Below are positions 42,340 to 55,636 of a DNA stretch of 64,000 nucleotides, piece by piece (within the stretch, counting starts at the first letter, position 1; every line of letters starts with the position of its first letter). Source of the DNA: Oikopleura dioica (lineage: Eukaryota; Animalia; Chordata). The notes under the pieces are model-generated. The model worked only from the letters and a program-made list of their open reading frames with translations. It made no database searches and had not been told where the DNA came from. The stretch covers positions 10,788,001 to 10,852,000 of the forward strand of contig OU015567.1 of NCBI GenBank assembly GCA_907165135.1, written 5' to 3'. Position numbers and translations under genes: made by a program.

Positions 42340-45300
42340 ATGATTTTGACTCTTTGGTTTATTCAAGCGCTTATTGCAAGTGCGCAGAGATACAGAGATG
42401 ACGACTCTTACAGTAGAGAGTCGGAATCTTCCAGCTTTGACAGGGCTTCAACCCCTGGAATAACATTTAGACAATTCATGAATATACTCGACCATCGCCT
42501 CAGAAAGTTCGAAGAAAGCATAAACGGTCAGTCACTATGTTTTTCAAGGGCACCACGTAAGAATTTTAAAGATCGAGGGCGTTGATGTTCTATTCTCACT
42601 CTCTATGACGAATTTTTGGCTTAAATTTGGGGCTTAAATTTTTCATGTGCGGGCAAGCTTGCCGTTGTTGATAACCTCTGTAGAGGAAAAAAGAGAATGC
42701 CTGAAGAATATGAAAAATAACAATTTTAATTTTACCCGATTTCTGTACAGTCAATGCGGTGGAAAGATTTTCTTACTTATCAACTTACCATTCAACTGAT
42801 GCCTTACTTAGATAAAACCGACAAGAAAATTGCAGACCTGCGAGAAGAGTTCAGTCGTCAACTTGATGAAATCAAGAGCAATGGAATGGTTCATGATGTT
42901 ACAAACACAAGGGATTACGAAGATAGACTTGAAGAGACCAACCTGTGGCTGCAGAAACTCGACAATGATTTTGAATCGTTTCAGACGAAGACTGACGAAT
43001 CAATCGGTGAATTAGGGCGATTGACTGAAAGCCTCGTTACTCGAACATCTCAGTTAGAGAATAAAAGCGAAAATTCGGATATCAAAAATACGAATTCTAT
43101 GGATGGATCGCTTTTAAGTAGTGTCAATGACAATAAACGGAAGATTTCCGAATTGGAAGATCAAATTGTGACAACGAGAGTAATTCAAATAAATGATGAA
43201 CGAGCTCTGGAAAATCTTAATCGAACAGTCGAATCTCTCCGACAACATTCGATGACTCCTTCGAGTTCTGGAACGAGTCCCGAAATCACCCAGCGAATCG
43301 AAAAACTCGAAGAAGACGTTCATAAAATAAGGACAAGCGAGAACGATGAGCTCGACGAGCTTTACGAAACTGTCCTGGAGAATAAAAACGAACAAAATGC
43401 TAGAATAACAAAACTCGAAAAGGATTTACTTCAGAAATCAGTCGATTTCAAAAATTATCATGAGCACGAGAAGACTGCAGATCTTGCGTTGGCAAAGAAG
43501 ATTCAAGCGATTGAAAACGAACTAGAAAATGAAAAGAAAGATTTGGAAAATTTTATAAGCGAGGTTGGCCATGGAGATTTCGGATTTATAACCAAGAAGA
43601 TTGTCGATTTGGGCAATGATCTCGAGCAATTGTTCACAAAATTTGAAAATTTTAAAAATGAAGAGTTCGCGCAAGAAGAAAGGCTTGATTCCGTCCTTCG
43701 AAGGGCAGAATTAATGAAAGAGTCGATCTTGAATCTCCAGAAGACCGACGAAGACTTCTTATTCCGACTTGTTGATGTCGAAACAAGAATTCAAAACGGA
43801 TACTCTCCCGGCAGTGGTGGGCCTTCATCGACTAGCATTGAGCAGATAAGCTATCAATTGAACAAGTTCAAAAGTTTTCTACGCGAAATGAAGTCGCAAA
43901 CAAACGAGATGAAGGATCAAATCAAGAGTCTTGAGGATAAAACATCATTAGAGTACTCTTCGTTATCAAGAAATCAAACTCGATACGAGACCGCACTTTC
44001 AAAAATACAGGAAAACTCCGAGAAAAAATGTATCGAACTTGAAGCCTCTTTATCAAAATTAGAAAAGCAACAAAAAGAAGCCGAGATGGCTTGTGAATCT
44101 AAAGTTGGGGCCCTTCAAGATAAAGTTGCAGCTGATCTACTGAGCATCGAGGAAAATACTGTCTCAAGTAGAGATTACTGCGAGGATAAAATCAAGAAAG
44201 AGTTCGAAGCACGAATTCATTCTCGAAAATTATAGATATTTTTGAACTCTATGAAAGGCGCTTTCATCAACGATCATCGACACACAAGAAGATATTGAAA
44301 ATAAACTGGCATCAGTTGAGAACGATATCGCCAGAAAAATAGCTCAATCATCTCAAAACTCTGAGATTCCGGCTTCAATTAAAAATGACCTTGAAAAGGT
44401 GAAAAAACAAAATGAATACGAAAGTCGTCAGATCGAAGAACTCAAGAAATCATTCCAGTCTTGTACCAGAGAAGATGATTTGTTACCCCTTCAAAGGTCT
44501 GTAAAAGCCCTGGAAGTGTCAACAACCGCCATATCAGAAAAACTAGTTGAGGACACAAATAGCATGGATACTCTTATTAATAAACTCTCTGTTGAGTTCC
44601 ACGAGCTTGAGCTCAACTTTGATAAGCTCATGGACTCGATGAATTCACAATCATCAGACACAGGCGTTAGTTCTACTGTTGTTGCCGCGCTGGAAGTGAA
44701 AATAGACAAAGTCAAGACTAATTTCTTCGATGCTCAAAAGGACTTCCAAGATTTCAAGAATCAACTGTATTTGCTTGACGCAAAGTTGGATAATCAAAAC
44801 GAGAATATTAAAAACATGTCGAGGCACACTCATTCTTTACCACAAGAGCTCGTTGCCCTGGAGAACAAAATGAAGGAGTTACAAGACGAACTTGATAGAG
44901 CTAAAAAAGAAGGCATAAGCATTAATAATGTTCAAACAACACCAGCGCCAACTTCAAATACACGATATCCAGCTGCCGATAACTGGGGATCGTGGCAATC
45001 CTGTTCTGTAACATGTGGAAGAGGGACAAAACGAAGATACAATAATAATTTAAGCTCCAGTAACAGGGTTCAGAACGTTCCCTGTGAGGAAAAACCTTGT
45101 GTTAGCTGGTCGAGTTGGTCTTCTTGTTCAAAAACATGCGGAACAGGAGAACGACGAAGAGAAAACCTTACGAGTATGGACATGTTCAATAGCGAATCAC
45201 AGAAGGAAGCCTGTAATACACAGCCCTGTCCAGCGGAGATTCCATGGTCACAGGTTCGTTGCAGGAAAGAAATTTTAATTATGCAGATTTTAAGTGGTCT

Positions 45301-46871
45301 GTTTGTACAAAAACCTGTGGTGGAGGAAGACGCACCAGGCATAGTGGGTCAGAAGTGGAGAATGACCGATGTAATACAGTGGTAAGTTATTGTTAATCTT
45401 AGGATTGAAATATTAAATTGATTTTCAGAACTGTCCGGGGTGGACTGAATGGTCTGAGTGCTCCGCAACATGCGATGGTGGCACTAAAACTCGAAATTAC
45501 ATACAATATAATAGCTTTAATCAGCCGAGATCTGTCGATGAAGAAGAACGTGTTTGCAATAGAGTTACTTGTCCATGGACAGAATGGTCAGACTGCAGCG
45601 TTACGTGCGGTGAAGGATTTAAGTCGAGAAGAAGAGGAGACCGAGAATATAAAAGAAGATGCATAATGTCGGCATGTACCGAGACAACGCCGTTCTTTAA
45701 TACAACACCACCACCGAATGGTGACGGGATGATGGGAGAAATCGTAATTATCGGTGGAAGAAGAGGCAGAAGTGATAAAATTGGCCCGAAAACAGTTAAG
45801 GAAAGGGATAATTTTATCTAAAATTTAATAAAATTTCGATTATGTCATCCTCAAAAAGAGTATACAACTTTCTGATGGATCAGAGGAAATTTGGAGCACC
45901 GACTTTGAGTTGGGGTGGCATCGATCATGTTCAGTTAGCTTCGGTAACTGCTGATAAATGCTCATTATTAATTTATTATAAAATTGAGGCGGTAGAATTT
46001 ATGTCATCGGCGGAAGCTTTACTGGTCAGAACATTTACGAAGTCTCTCACTCGAACACACGGAAGCTCAATACAGAACTGACCTCGAAGTTTTACTATCA
46101 TTCTTGTGCAATAATGAACAATAGAGTCTGGATTGTTGCCGGTTCAGGAGGTCAAGGAAAGAATGCGGTTTCATTTGATATCGGTTTCCGCCAAGAGAGG
46201 TAGAGTAAAAGAACAATCTTGAGTTACATCTTTTATTAGATTCGAACCGATTCTACGCGACTCACATTACGGTGGTGCATTAGTGGCGTTGCATGATGAA
46301 TACTTGCTAATCTCTGGTATTTATTAATATTAAAATATATCAATGAATGTATCAAGGTGGTAACTCTCCTCGAGCGAACTCAATGGAAGCTTTAATTGAT
46401 GGCCGTACTTCGTGGTCATTTTCATCTTCACTGCCAGAGAGAATTTCTGGACATCAAATGATAGCCGATCCTGAGAGCAATAAGATGTTTGCCCTCGGTG
46501 GTTATGATGGACACAAAGAAAGAAACGAAATTTACATGGTACTCGATTATAGATCATTTCATTGCTTTGAATGATTAATTTCAGATCGACATGAGCTGTG
46601 TAGTCGCCAAGCAATGCCGCCTCAACTCTCCAGCGTGGAGCAAGGCCGGAACGTTGCACAGTCCGCGAGACAGCCATGTTTCCGTTCTCTACCGCAATAA
46701 AATCTATTCCTTTGGAGGTAGGATTCTCGAAGACAATATGCAAGAAAAGGTTACTTTTTAGGCTTCACGAGAACATCATTGCCAGACGAGTTCTTTTCGT
46801 TGGAGAGTATGAACTCAGAAATCATGAGCACCTCGCATTCCCTCAATTCGCATACCGCGGTTTTACTGTAA
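42340..46871 (+). CDS. Large secreted protein: signal peptide, ~750-aa coiled coil, about five TSP1 repeats, C-terminal Kelch-like propeller
   Basis: MILTLWFIQALIASA signal; heptad-rich ORFs 42754-44235 and 44399-44990; WGSWQSCSVTCGRG, WSSWSSCSKTCGTG, WSVCTKTCGGG, WTEWSECSATCDGG, WTEWSDCSVTCGEG; Kelch-like GG motifs (IVIIGG, VWIVAG, MFALGGYDG, KIYSFGG). Confidence 0.8.
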
Positions 46872-47171
46872 ATAAAGCGCCATTGAATATTTAATTGATT
46901 CGAGTTGAATTCTACGCGGGGAGTAAAGTTTGTCTAAGCGTTCTACTACGATTCTCCAAACAAAGCGCCCTCGGGGTGAGTTAGCTCCTGCGCTTGTCCC
47001 CAATAACAAAATCTCGCGCCACATAAGTGTGTTCTATCGACTGCCGAATTTTGATTTGACTGTTACAGTTAGTTAATAACATCTACGCGCAGCCAGCCAT
47101 GCGAGGCCTTTTTCAATTCTATCTGATAATGGGCTGAGAATAAAAGAGAGAGAGAGAAGGGAATAAGAAGA

Positions 47172-47711
47172 ATGGACTTCCGAGAACATGTTCTTGCGAC
47201 TTTTGAAAGAGAGATATCTGAAATAAGAAGATATTGGGTCTGGATTCTGATTCTGAGCATTGTGCTCTTTGGGTTCTTTGTTATCACCATTCAAATTGCC
47301 TTTACCTTCTATCTCAGTTGGCTAGCAGTGGCAATATGTAAGTTTTATATTATTTTTTTATCGATAAAAAGATGAATGGCAAATATTGAATATTTGCTAA
47401 ACCACTAACCTTTTGTGCAACGGGTTTTGTTCAGGGGCACTGCTTGGCTTTATAAATATTGGCATAGCCTGCGTTATTTTCGAAAACCTCTTTTGGCCTT
47501 GGTATCTGACAAATGTTGATCCAAATGATCCAAGAATCAACTGTACCTATGAAGAATACTGTGGACAACATGCTGAAGAGCATACAACGGAATCTCAGGA
47601 AAAGGTTCGAAATTTATTTTAATGCACAAACTTAAATAGCTTCGGTTGGGATTTCCTCTAGCTTTTTTCTTCTTCTCTTTTCATAGTCGCATAACAGCTT
47701 CAATCCGATAA
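47172..47711 (+). CDS. Small multi-pass membrane protein, orphan
   Basis: Exons 47172-47336 (YWVWILILSIVLFGFFVITIQIAFTFYLSWLAVAI) and ~47435-47604 (WALLGFINIGIACVIFENLFWPW) join in phase across a GT-AG intron. Confidence 0.5.
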
Positions 47712-48000
47712 AGTAGCAAAAGTATGAAAATATCGTCAAACCCAAGAAAACATCGCACCAAGCGTGAAAAAGAACAAGTCCGCTTCGTATCGGTCTCTTG
47801 GCCATTTTATATTTCTCCTTTCAAAATTAACTTCAAAAACCGATTGCAGTTTAATATGCAGGACGAAGTGGCCGATTATCCCAGAAACTAATTAAAGTGC
47901 ATGAGTGTTTATTTCGGGAGTTTTCTTAGCATTCACCTGAGATTCAGGGTCGAAAAAGATATACAAAAAGGAGACTTGATTAAAAATTTTTTCGAACTTC

Positions 48001-49208
48001 AATGACCAGGAACTCTGCCCAATTTGCAATGGTGCTGATGAAGACTGCATCGTTCGTCCCTCGACTCCGAAAGCTGACCTAAGTCGCCCTTCACCGATCA
48101 AAGAAGATCTCGACGAAGAAGAGGATATTCTTGTCTTACCGAAACCTGATATCGATGTTGGCTTAGCTTCCACGCCAATTAGAAGTAACCTTGTTGTCAA
48201 GACTCCAAAGAGCACGCGGCCGGAACCTGATGAAAGACTTCTCCTTGAGACTCCGGTCTTTCATTCAAGATCAACCACACGCGCTACAACGCCTAGCCGT
48301 GAATTAGACACTACTCCCGTAGCCACGCCTTCCCGAAAGATCCACACCAGAAGGTCACACATGGACAACAGAACTCCGCAAAATGTAAAGTTCAGCGAGG
48401 AGACAGTGCGGTCGGTTTCATGCACGCTTAGTTTGAAGGTAATTAACGCATCAGTGCGGCTTGTTTTTCACAAAAATAAACGATGAAGTTATTCAAGCGT
48501 AACTTGTTGATTTTAAGTCTGAGACTCAAAGCCTCCAAGAAGAAAAACTTCTGCGCTCTCTTGCCACTCCAACGCGAGTTGAGATCCCAAGAAGGACACC
48601 CCGCCGTTCGAGAGACTCATCGAAGGGACGCGATACGCCCGCCCGCAGAGAGTCCTCTCGACGTGAATCTCGTGGGAGAGATCGAAGACCTCGCAGGAAC
48701 GATCCTTGAAATCGTCAGCTAATCATATAACTCCTATAAATACATTTACAGATTTTCAAGATCCAAAAACAGAAGTAACAGCCGCAAAAGCCGAGATAGC
48801 AAAAGTAGAGAGGGCTCGAAAAATCGCCGAAAATCCAAGAGCCCTCGAACATCCCAAAGTCAATCTCGCGACACTTCGAAAAGCAGAGCCTCAAGAGATA
48901 GCTCGAAATCCCGTTCAAGGGACCATTCAAAATCTCGTTCCCGCGATCGTTCCAAATCACGTTCTAGGGATCATTCGAGGGATTCTGCAGTTGATGAAAA
49001 AAGGTCGAAGAGATCGTCAACAGCTTTGAGCAATAATCGATCGAGTCTTTACGGTAGCTTCAAGAACAAAGACGAGCCTTATATTTTAACTGATGCGCCG
49101 CTGGAGCTCAGCTTCGATGAAAGAAAATCAAAGACACCCTTGAATCCTCGACAACGCAAAGAAAGATCCAGGCAGCGGCGACGACGACGTCGAACTTTGG
49201 ATTTTTAG
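48001..49208 (+). CDS. Low-complexity, largely disordered protein with TP/SP-rich and Arg/Ser-rich (SRSRD) regions; 5' end not defined
   Basis: Open frames 48001-48439 (CPICNG..., many TP/SP), ~48519-48700 and ~48753-49208 (KSRSRDHSKSRSRDRSKSRSRDHSRD) bounded by AG/GT; one apparent frameshift near 48680. Confidence 0.5.
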
Positions 49209-49387
49209 TATTTATCCGAATTAATCTTACTAGCTCAATTCTCCAAGAGTTCACAAGCAGCAATGTGATCTTCTATATCTCCATATCTAAAACGTTCCAG
49301 ACATTTTGTACATTTTGAAACACTTTTCTGTAAGCTTTTTCTGTATTAGGATATTACACAAACGAGTAAATCTAAAAACAAAGATAC

Positions 49388-50102
49388 TTATTTATTTGCT
49401 TGAATATTGAAGTCAGCTCGTATTTGATCCATCCGTCGTTGTTTTCTTCTTTGCTCGTGGTCTGTGACAATTTCGCTTTTCAGAGACTATCGACACTGTG
49501 TCGATTTAGAAGAAAAAAATAATAATAGCTCTTCCTGGTATAATACAGGGATCTGACAGCTCTCTCTTTCTGTTCAGAGGGGGGACTTCGGGAACATTTC
49601 AGTTAAAGTTTCGAGACGGGTAATTACCTAAGGCTGATTTTGTTTTCAAGACCGAGAAGATAAGCCGAAGATTTGACAACTAATGGTATATCCTTGCGTT
49701 TCAGATATTCTTTCCGCGCTTTTGCAGACAGTGCACCCTAAGGATTAAGCGTCAGTAACTTTGGTGCGACTTCAGTCGCTTACTGGAACATCTTCTGTAG
49801 TGGACGTATTATCGTTTTTGAGAATGTCATGAATTGTCACTTGCTTTTGACGTTTCGAAATTTTGAGGGAGAGATTGTGGATCTCCTTTTGAAAATCGGT
49901 TGAACCTGGCATCTGACAGCTATATTTCTCACCTGAGCATTTCGATGCCGAACATTGGATTTGAACGTCTCGACGCACTTTCTATACACGTAAACGAGCA
50001 GAAGCATGCCTGCTATGAAAAGACTCGCGTATGCCCACTCTGAAATTGGCTCCTTCTACGAAAAATATTAGTGTCTACCTTTGTAGATTTCAAGCGTTTC
50101 AT
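49388..50102 (-). CDS. Putative single-pass membrane protein, orphan, multi-exon
   Basis: Phase-consistent exons MKRLKSTK|KEPISEWAYASLFIAGMLLLVYVYRKC...AQ|EIHNLSLK...DVP|GALSAKARKEYLKRK... ending ...MDQIRADFNIQANK*. Confidence 0.45.
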
Positions 50103-51105
50103 TATCAAGGTCTCCTTCCCAGACTCCACTACCTCTTACGTATTTCTCTTGGATAAACTTTACGCTGTTTTCAATGGAAAGAATCTCTATTTTTGCAACG
50201 TTCTTATAATGAAAAACAAGCCTGCTTATGATCATACGATGTCGTCGTTGTTAGCTGGGTAGTCGACATTTCTCTTCCTCTATCTCTGATTCTCCGTCCT
50301 CTCTCTCCTCATGCAGCTTATTAATTTTTACCGCAACCGTACATTAGCGGTCTCCCACCAATTCGGTTTTGATCCTCTGAACTGACCCTAATCTTGAGTT
50401 CGGAAGGTGCTACAGTAGCACTGCTACTCATAAACTGCAAGTTGAACTGATTTTATGCACTCTCCGACATTTTTCATCTTTATATATCCAATCAATAAGG
50501 ATTAAGTCCTTTCTTATTGCAGACTTCATACTGCAGTATTACTAATACTGTATTAGATAATTTATCTTAAAATACTTCTAGACTTTCTAAAGATATTTAT
50601 TCATAAAAAATCTTGTTTTCCCCTCTACAGCGGTAGTAGAATACCAGATAAAATCGCCGGAATTTTCATAAATATCATCGGTGATGGAATACACTTGTTT
50701 CGACCTTGATCTTCATCATAAGGGTTTAATAATAAAACCAAAGAAAAAGACGCTAATGAAGTGCGCGAGCCAATAGGAGCAATTTTCAAGAACAGACTGA
50801 GACTCGTCGTCTTCCCGACTTATTCTCCTGCACTCTGTGCAGTGCACAGTGGTGGTTCATTTTTCGACGGGCATCTATCAGAGAAAATTCTGACCTGTTA
50901 CTTTCCAGTTGTTTCCTTGTAAATATCATATTGAAAATATGCACTACAATTGTGATTGCTATTATCTCAACTTGAGATTCTCAAGGCTTCAATCTCAAGT
51001 ATTAGTAATGCTGCGTTACCGATATTTTTCTTTACGATGCCATCAACTGATTCAGTCTTTCAGAAAGACAAACGTACTTTTTCTCTGGATAAAAATTCTG
51101 TTTAG

Positions 51106-54100
51106 ATGTCAATTGAGATCGTGACAACATGTCAGCTCAACGATGGGACGGTGGAAAAATGGCAAATCGGAAAGCTAAGAAAAATTCTTTACGTCCGTGG
51201 GAGCTCTGTTCCTTTTCTGGCGCTCAATAGTGCGAAGCAACTCTACAGTTTCTCTGAAGAATCTTCGTGGACGCTCCTGGATGTCGAAAATGTCCTTGCG
51301 ATTTCTTATGGAAGGAATGAAGTGTCCTACGCAGGTTTTTCATCTATTTTAAATAGATTAACAATTCTGTTTAGTAATTATTTCGACGGAAAATGGCTGC
51401 TTCACTGCTGATTCTTCTCTAAATATCGCTGAATTCTCTCCCCTTGTCTTCTCATCCCTATCCTCTAGTTCTGAAGCTTCATTTGGAGTTACGCGGGATG
51501 GGTTTCTCTACGGCTGGGGCAAGAATTTCTTCCTTGGACTGATCGAAGAAGGCTTTACAGAAAAACCCCGCAAACTTGAGCCCTTCAAAAACGTCATTTC
51601 AATCGAGTGCGGATCAGAACACAATCTTCTTCTTGTAGAACGCGATGTACAGGACAATGAATCGAGCGCAGACGAGGACGACGCTTTCAATTTCGATCAC
51701 GATGAGCATTTCGGAATTAATATCCTCGAGGACGCACTTGTTATGGCAGGAAATCTGGACGTTGAAAGAGAGAAAGATGAAGATAAGAAAGAAGAAAAGG
51801 GGAAATCTCTTGCGATTTCTTTGACCAATTCTGTTGAGTGGTTGAGCCAGAGCACGATGAATGTAACTTCCGTGATTCTTCCAACTCCAGTGACCAATAT
51901 CATTGCATCAACAATAGCGACTACTTCTTCCACGATTTCCTCGACGTATTCGTATGGCGAGTCTCTTATTAAAGGCTTCTTGAGCAGCCAAGAGAAGAGC
52001 CGCCAAAAAGTCAGGACAGATTGCGTTTCACAAATCTCTGCAGCTCCAAGGGCACTCACAGATCTTTACGTTTGGGGTCGAAATGGACACGGACAGCTCG
52101 GCACAGGCGATACAGCTGATGTCATCGAACCAGTAAAGCTTCAGGCTGTTTCTTCAAAAGGTATCATCGCGATTCTAGCTCAGGAAAATCTCAGCTTTGC
52201 CGTAACGTCTACGTGGGAAGTGTGGGCTTGGGGTGAAGATTTTCAAAAAGAAACGAAGCTCAAGCAGTCGTCAGTTCTGCACACTCTCACAGCCCGCTAT
52301 TTGAGCATGCCCAATACTCAAGGTGGATATGAAATCGTTCCAACTTCTGAAAACCGTGGTGTATTCGCGGAAGTTCCGCCAGGGAGCATTCTTTTGTCCT
52401 CATTTGATCATCACTACCAGCTTCTTTCTTGTCAAAGAATGAAATGCATTGAAGAAATAACTCTCTTGACGAAACAATTCTCTCGTAACCTAGGAACTCT
52501 TCGTAAAACGATTGTTCGTCCGTTATTAAACGAATGTCAAGCGACAGGGACATTTGCCGGATTTGGTGGCGATCTTTCATCGGTTTTTGGACTTTTATGA
52601 AAACGGATTCAACCGATTTGTTCATTCTAAATTTAACTAAGAAACAATGATTTTAATCCAAGAAAAAGCACCTCCTTCAATCAGTTAACGATAGCTACAA
52701 CCCAGACAGCTGCTGGCGGCGATGCTTGGCTCAACTCTCGACCCGCTCTGTTCATTATTCTCTCAAGTTCAGCATCGGAATTGAACGAACGATTCACGAG
52801 TTACTTTCGTTTTCTCGGAAAAGCCGTCGCTGGTGGATTCTTCGATTCTCTTTCGAAAGAATTCATCTCTAAACTGGAACCAAAGCTTAAAAATTCGCCT
52901 GGAATCATTACTCAACAGGATTCTGTTGCGGATACTTTGATAGAAGCTCTCAGTCTGCCCGCAAAGGAGCTCAAACATCACGTTAAATCGCTAGAAACTC
53001 TTCTCGACCTAACTGTTCGAATTGAAGGCCCTGAAAATCCATCGTCTTTGGAAGAGGTGTCAGTTTCTCTTGTTCACAAAATAATTGAATGGCTGAAATT
53101 GGCAATTGTCAATATCCAGTGCATAATTGAAGATTTCAATCGGACACGCGCGTTTTGGAACGATCCAGCAAACTTGAGGTACCGCAAGGCTCTTGTCACG
53201 GCGGACAGATTTTTGGTGCTAACAAATCGAACAATTCCTGTATGGCCATCTGGTGCAGTTACTCAACCGGCAGTTCTTCTATTTTCCGATGTTTTGGTCA
53301 TCTGGACTCAATTGAGCATTCAGCAGCTTCCTTTGAATCTGCTCTGGATCCGAGAATATCCCGACGAGAAAAAAGTGATCGTAGAAACGCCCGAAGAAAA
53401 TCTAACTCTTGTTTTCAAAAATCCCGAAGACCGTGATTTCTGGTGCTCGACTCTTATTCAAAGTGTTTGCCGTCTGTTGGAGCAGGAGGACATCACTCGT
53501 TTGCCATTAACTCGAAAAGGCCTTTTTCAATTTAAAAATGGCAGGTTGCGAGGCTGTACATACATGGGTGACTGGGAGAACGGTAAAATGCATGGAAAGG
53601 GCTTCTTAACTTCTCCTGATAATCACAAGAAATACATTGGCGGCTTCGTAGACGGAGAACGGTCCGGTTGGGGCGTTTTTACCAACGAAATGGCTAAAGA
53701 TTGTGCGATTAAGACCTACACTGGGTTTTATGAAAATGAGCAGCAGAATGGAATCGGAGAGGCGGTTTATGGCGATGGCAGCGTTTATAAAGGGTGTTGG
53801 AAAGATGGGCTAAGGGCTGGACATGGTGTTCAATTTTACGGCTCCTCTCATGCATCAGTTTACCTAGGCGACTGGTCAAATGATAAACGGAATGGTTACG
53901 GAGTGCTGCGAAGCCGTCTTCAAGGATGGCGATTTCTCTGTCTATGGAAAGATGACAAAAAGCACGGCCGCGGCGTGTTCGTCTCATCTTCTAATGTCTT
54001 CACCCAAAGCATGTTCTCGTTCGATCAAATTATCGACAAAGAGGGCCTCGTTTATGCAAATTTGACAAATATAAGCGGCATTGAAGAGGACAGGTTCTTC

Positions 54101-55417
54101 ATTGGCGCCGTCACGAGTTCATTGCCGGTCACAGTTGTCGACGACTCTATTCAGCCAGAAGATGTTACACTTGTCAAAGGAAAGCTTTCTGTTTTACACG
54201 ACTCAAAGGATTGTGACAAACTGGCAACTTCTGTTGAGGGCAGTTTTGCTGGAGATATTTTACAGCCAAAGATCACCGCTGGCGTCGATTTCAAAACCAT
54301 CATCGTCGATTCTAATTTGACTGGATTCTTTAACTTGGTCGGCTCAGTTCCGAGTGCTGCTAAATGGCGTGGATTGTTCAAGCTTTTTGTTACCGATCTT
54401 GGAACTCCTCTCAGCGGCCCTGGAGATGGATGGAATGAGAGCTTGACTGACAAGTGTTGGGAAAACTTGAGCGAGGTGGTGAATAACCGAAAGACAACCA
54501 TGTTTCCGGACACACCAGTTTCTGAGCAAGTCAAGCTTACGTCCCGCCCTACACCAGACAAAGATGATGAAATCAAAGAGTATGTAAAGCGAGCGCTTAG
54601 CTCGAAACTTCACCCTCTCGGTCATGTGATGAGCATGATTGTCAAAGCTTTTGAAAGCTCTTACACCCCCACGCATACAGCGCTGATATTCGCCTCTCTG
54701 GCTGAAATAAAGTCGATTATCAAGGTGTTTCATAATGTTACTCGATGCTTTTTCCCCGAAATAGACCCTGCAGACGCTAAAATGTGTGCTGGAAGCCTGA
54801 TCTTACCAAGTTTATTTCCACAAGTCTATCCTATACTTCAATCAATGTATGTCGAGTCACACACAAGAGTTGAAGAAAGAATAAACCTGAATCTGAGAAG
54901 ATACAGAGCAATGAAAGATCTATCTTTGGCACAGCTGCTGGGGTCTGATATTTTGGAGCAAATGGTAATCGATGCTGAAGAAAAACCGATCTTGATCTCT
55001 TGTGTCAAAAAGATGCGACAATTCCCTCTCTGTATTCTGGTAAGATGATTAAAATTAATCTAAATGAACCCTTTTCTCAAGCCGGATCAAAAACTCGACC
55101 TTATATGCGAGCTTTTTAAATTGCTAAAAGAAGAACTCGCCAAGTACAATGGTATAGATACCCTCACAATCTCTTTCTAAACCGTTTCTAGCAAGCTACA
55201 GCGCTGATGACCTGCTTCCCGCCATGGAATTTGTAATGGTGAGAGGAATGGTGACCAACCTTGGAGTCGAAATCAGAATTATCAAGGATTTCATCCATCC
55301 AGGTATATTTTCTTTTGGCATTTGAGGTTCTACACTTTGAATTTAGACATTCAAGGTGGCGAGCGAGGTCTCTGGTATTGCCATTTCTACACAGCTTATA
55401 AATCCCTTTCAAGATGA
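51106..55417 (+). CDS. ALS2: Alsin (RCC1-like repeats, DH/PH-like region, MORN repeats, VPS9 domain)
   Basis: LYGWG and LYVWGRNGHGQLGTGD (RCC1); YMGDWENGKMHGKG, YIGGFVDGERSGWG, YKGCWKDGLRAGHG (MORN); SADDLLPAMEF...NLGVEIRIIKDF...GGERG (VPS9). Possible frame slip near 52580. Confidence 0.9.
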
Positions 55418-55636
55418 TCTTACCTACTGCTTATTTCTCCGAATTTTTGAGTGGTATTCTACTTCTATATTTCATAGTTGCTCATTTCGTTCCATTGTGA
55501 TGCAAAGTATCTCTACACGTAACCTTGTTCAATTGCCATTTTACACGTTCAATAAAAAATAACAATCAAAATACGATCACACAAGAAAGATTTTCTCTCA
55601 TTCATCAGAAAGAATCTTTGAATTTGTCTGAAAATT

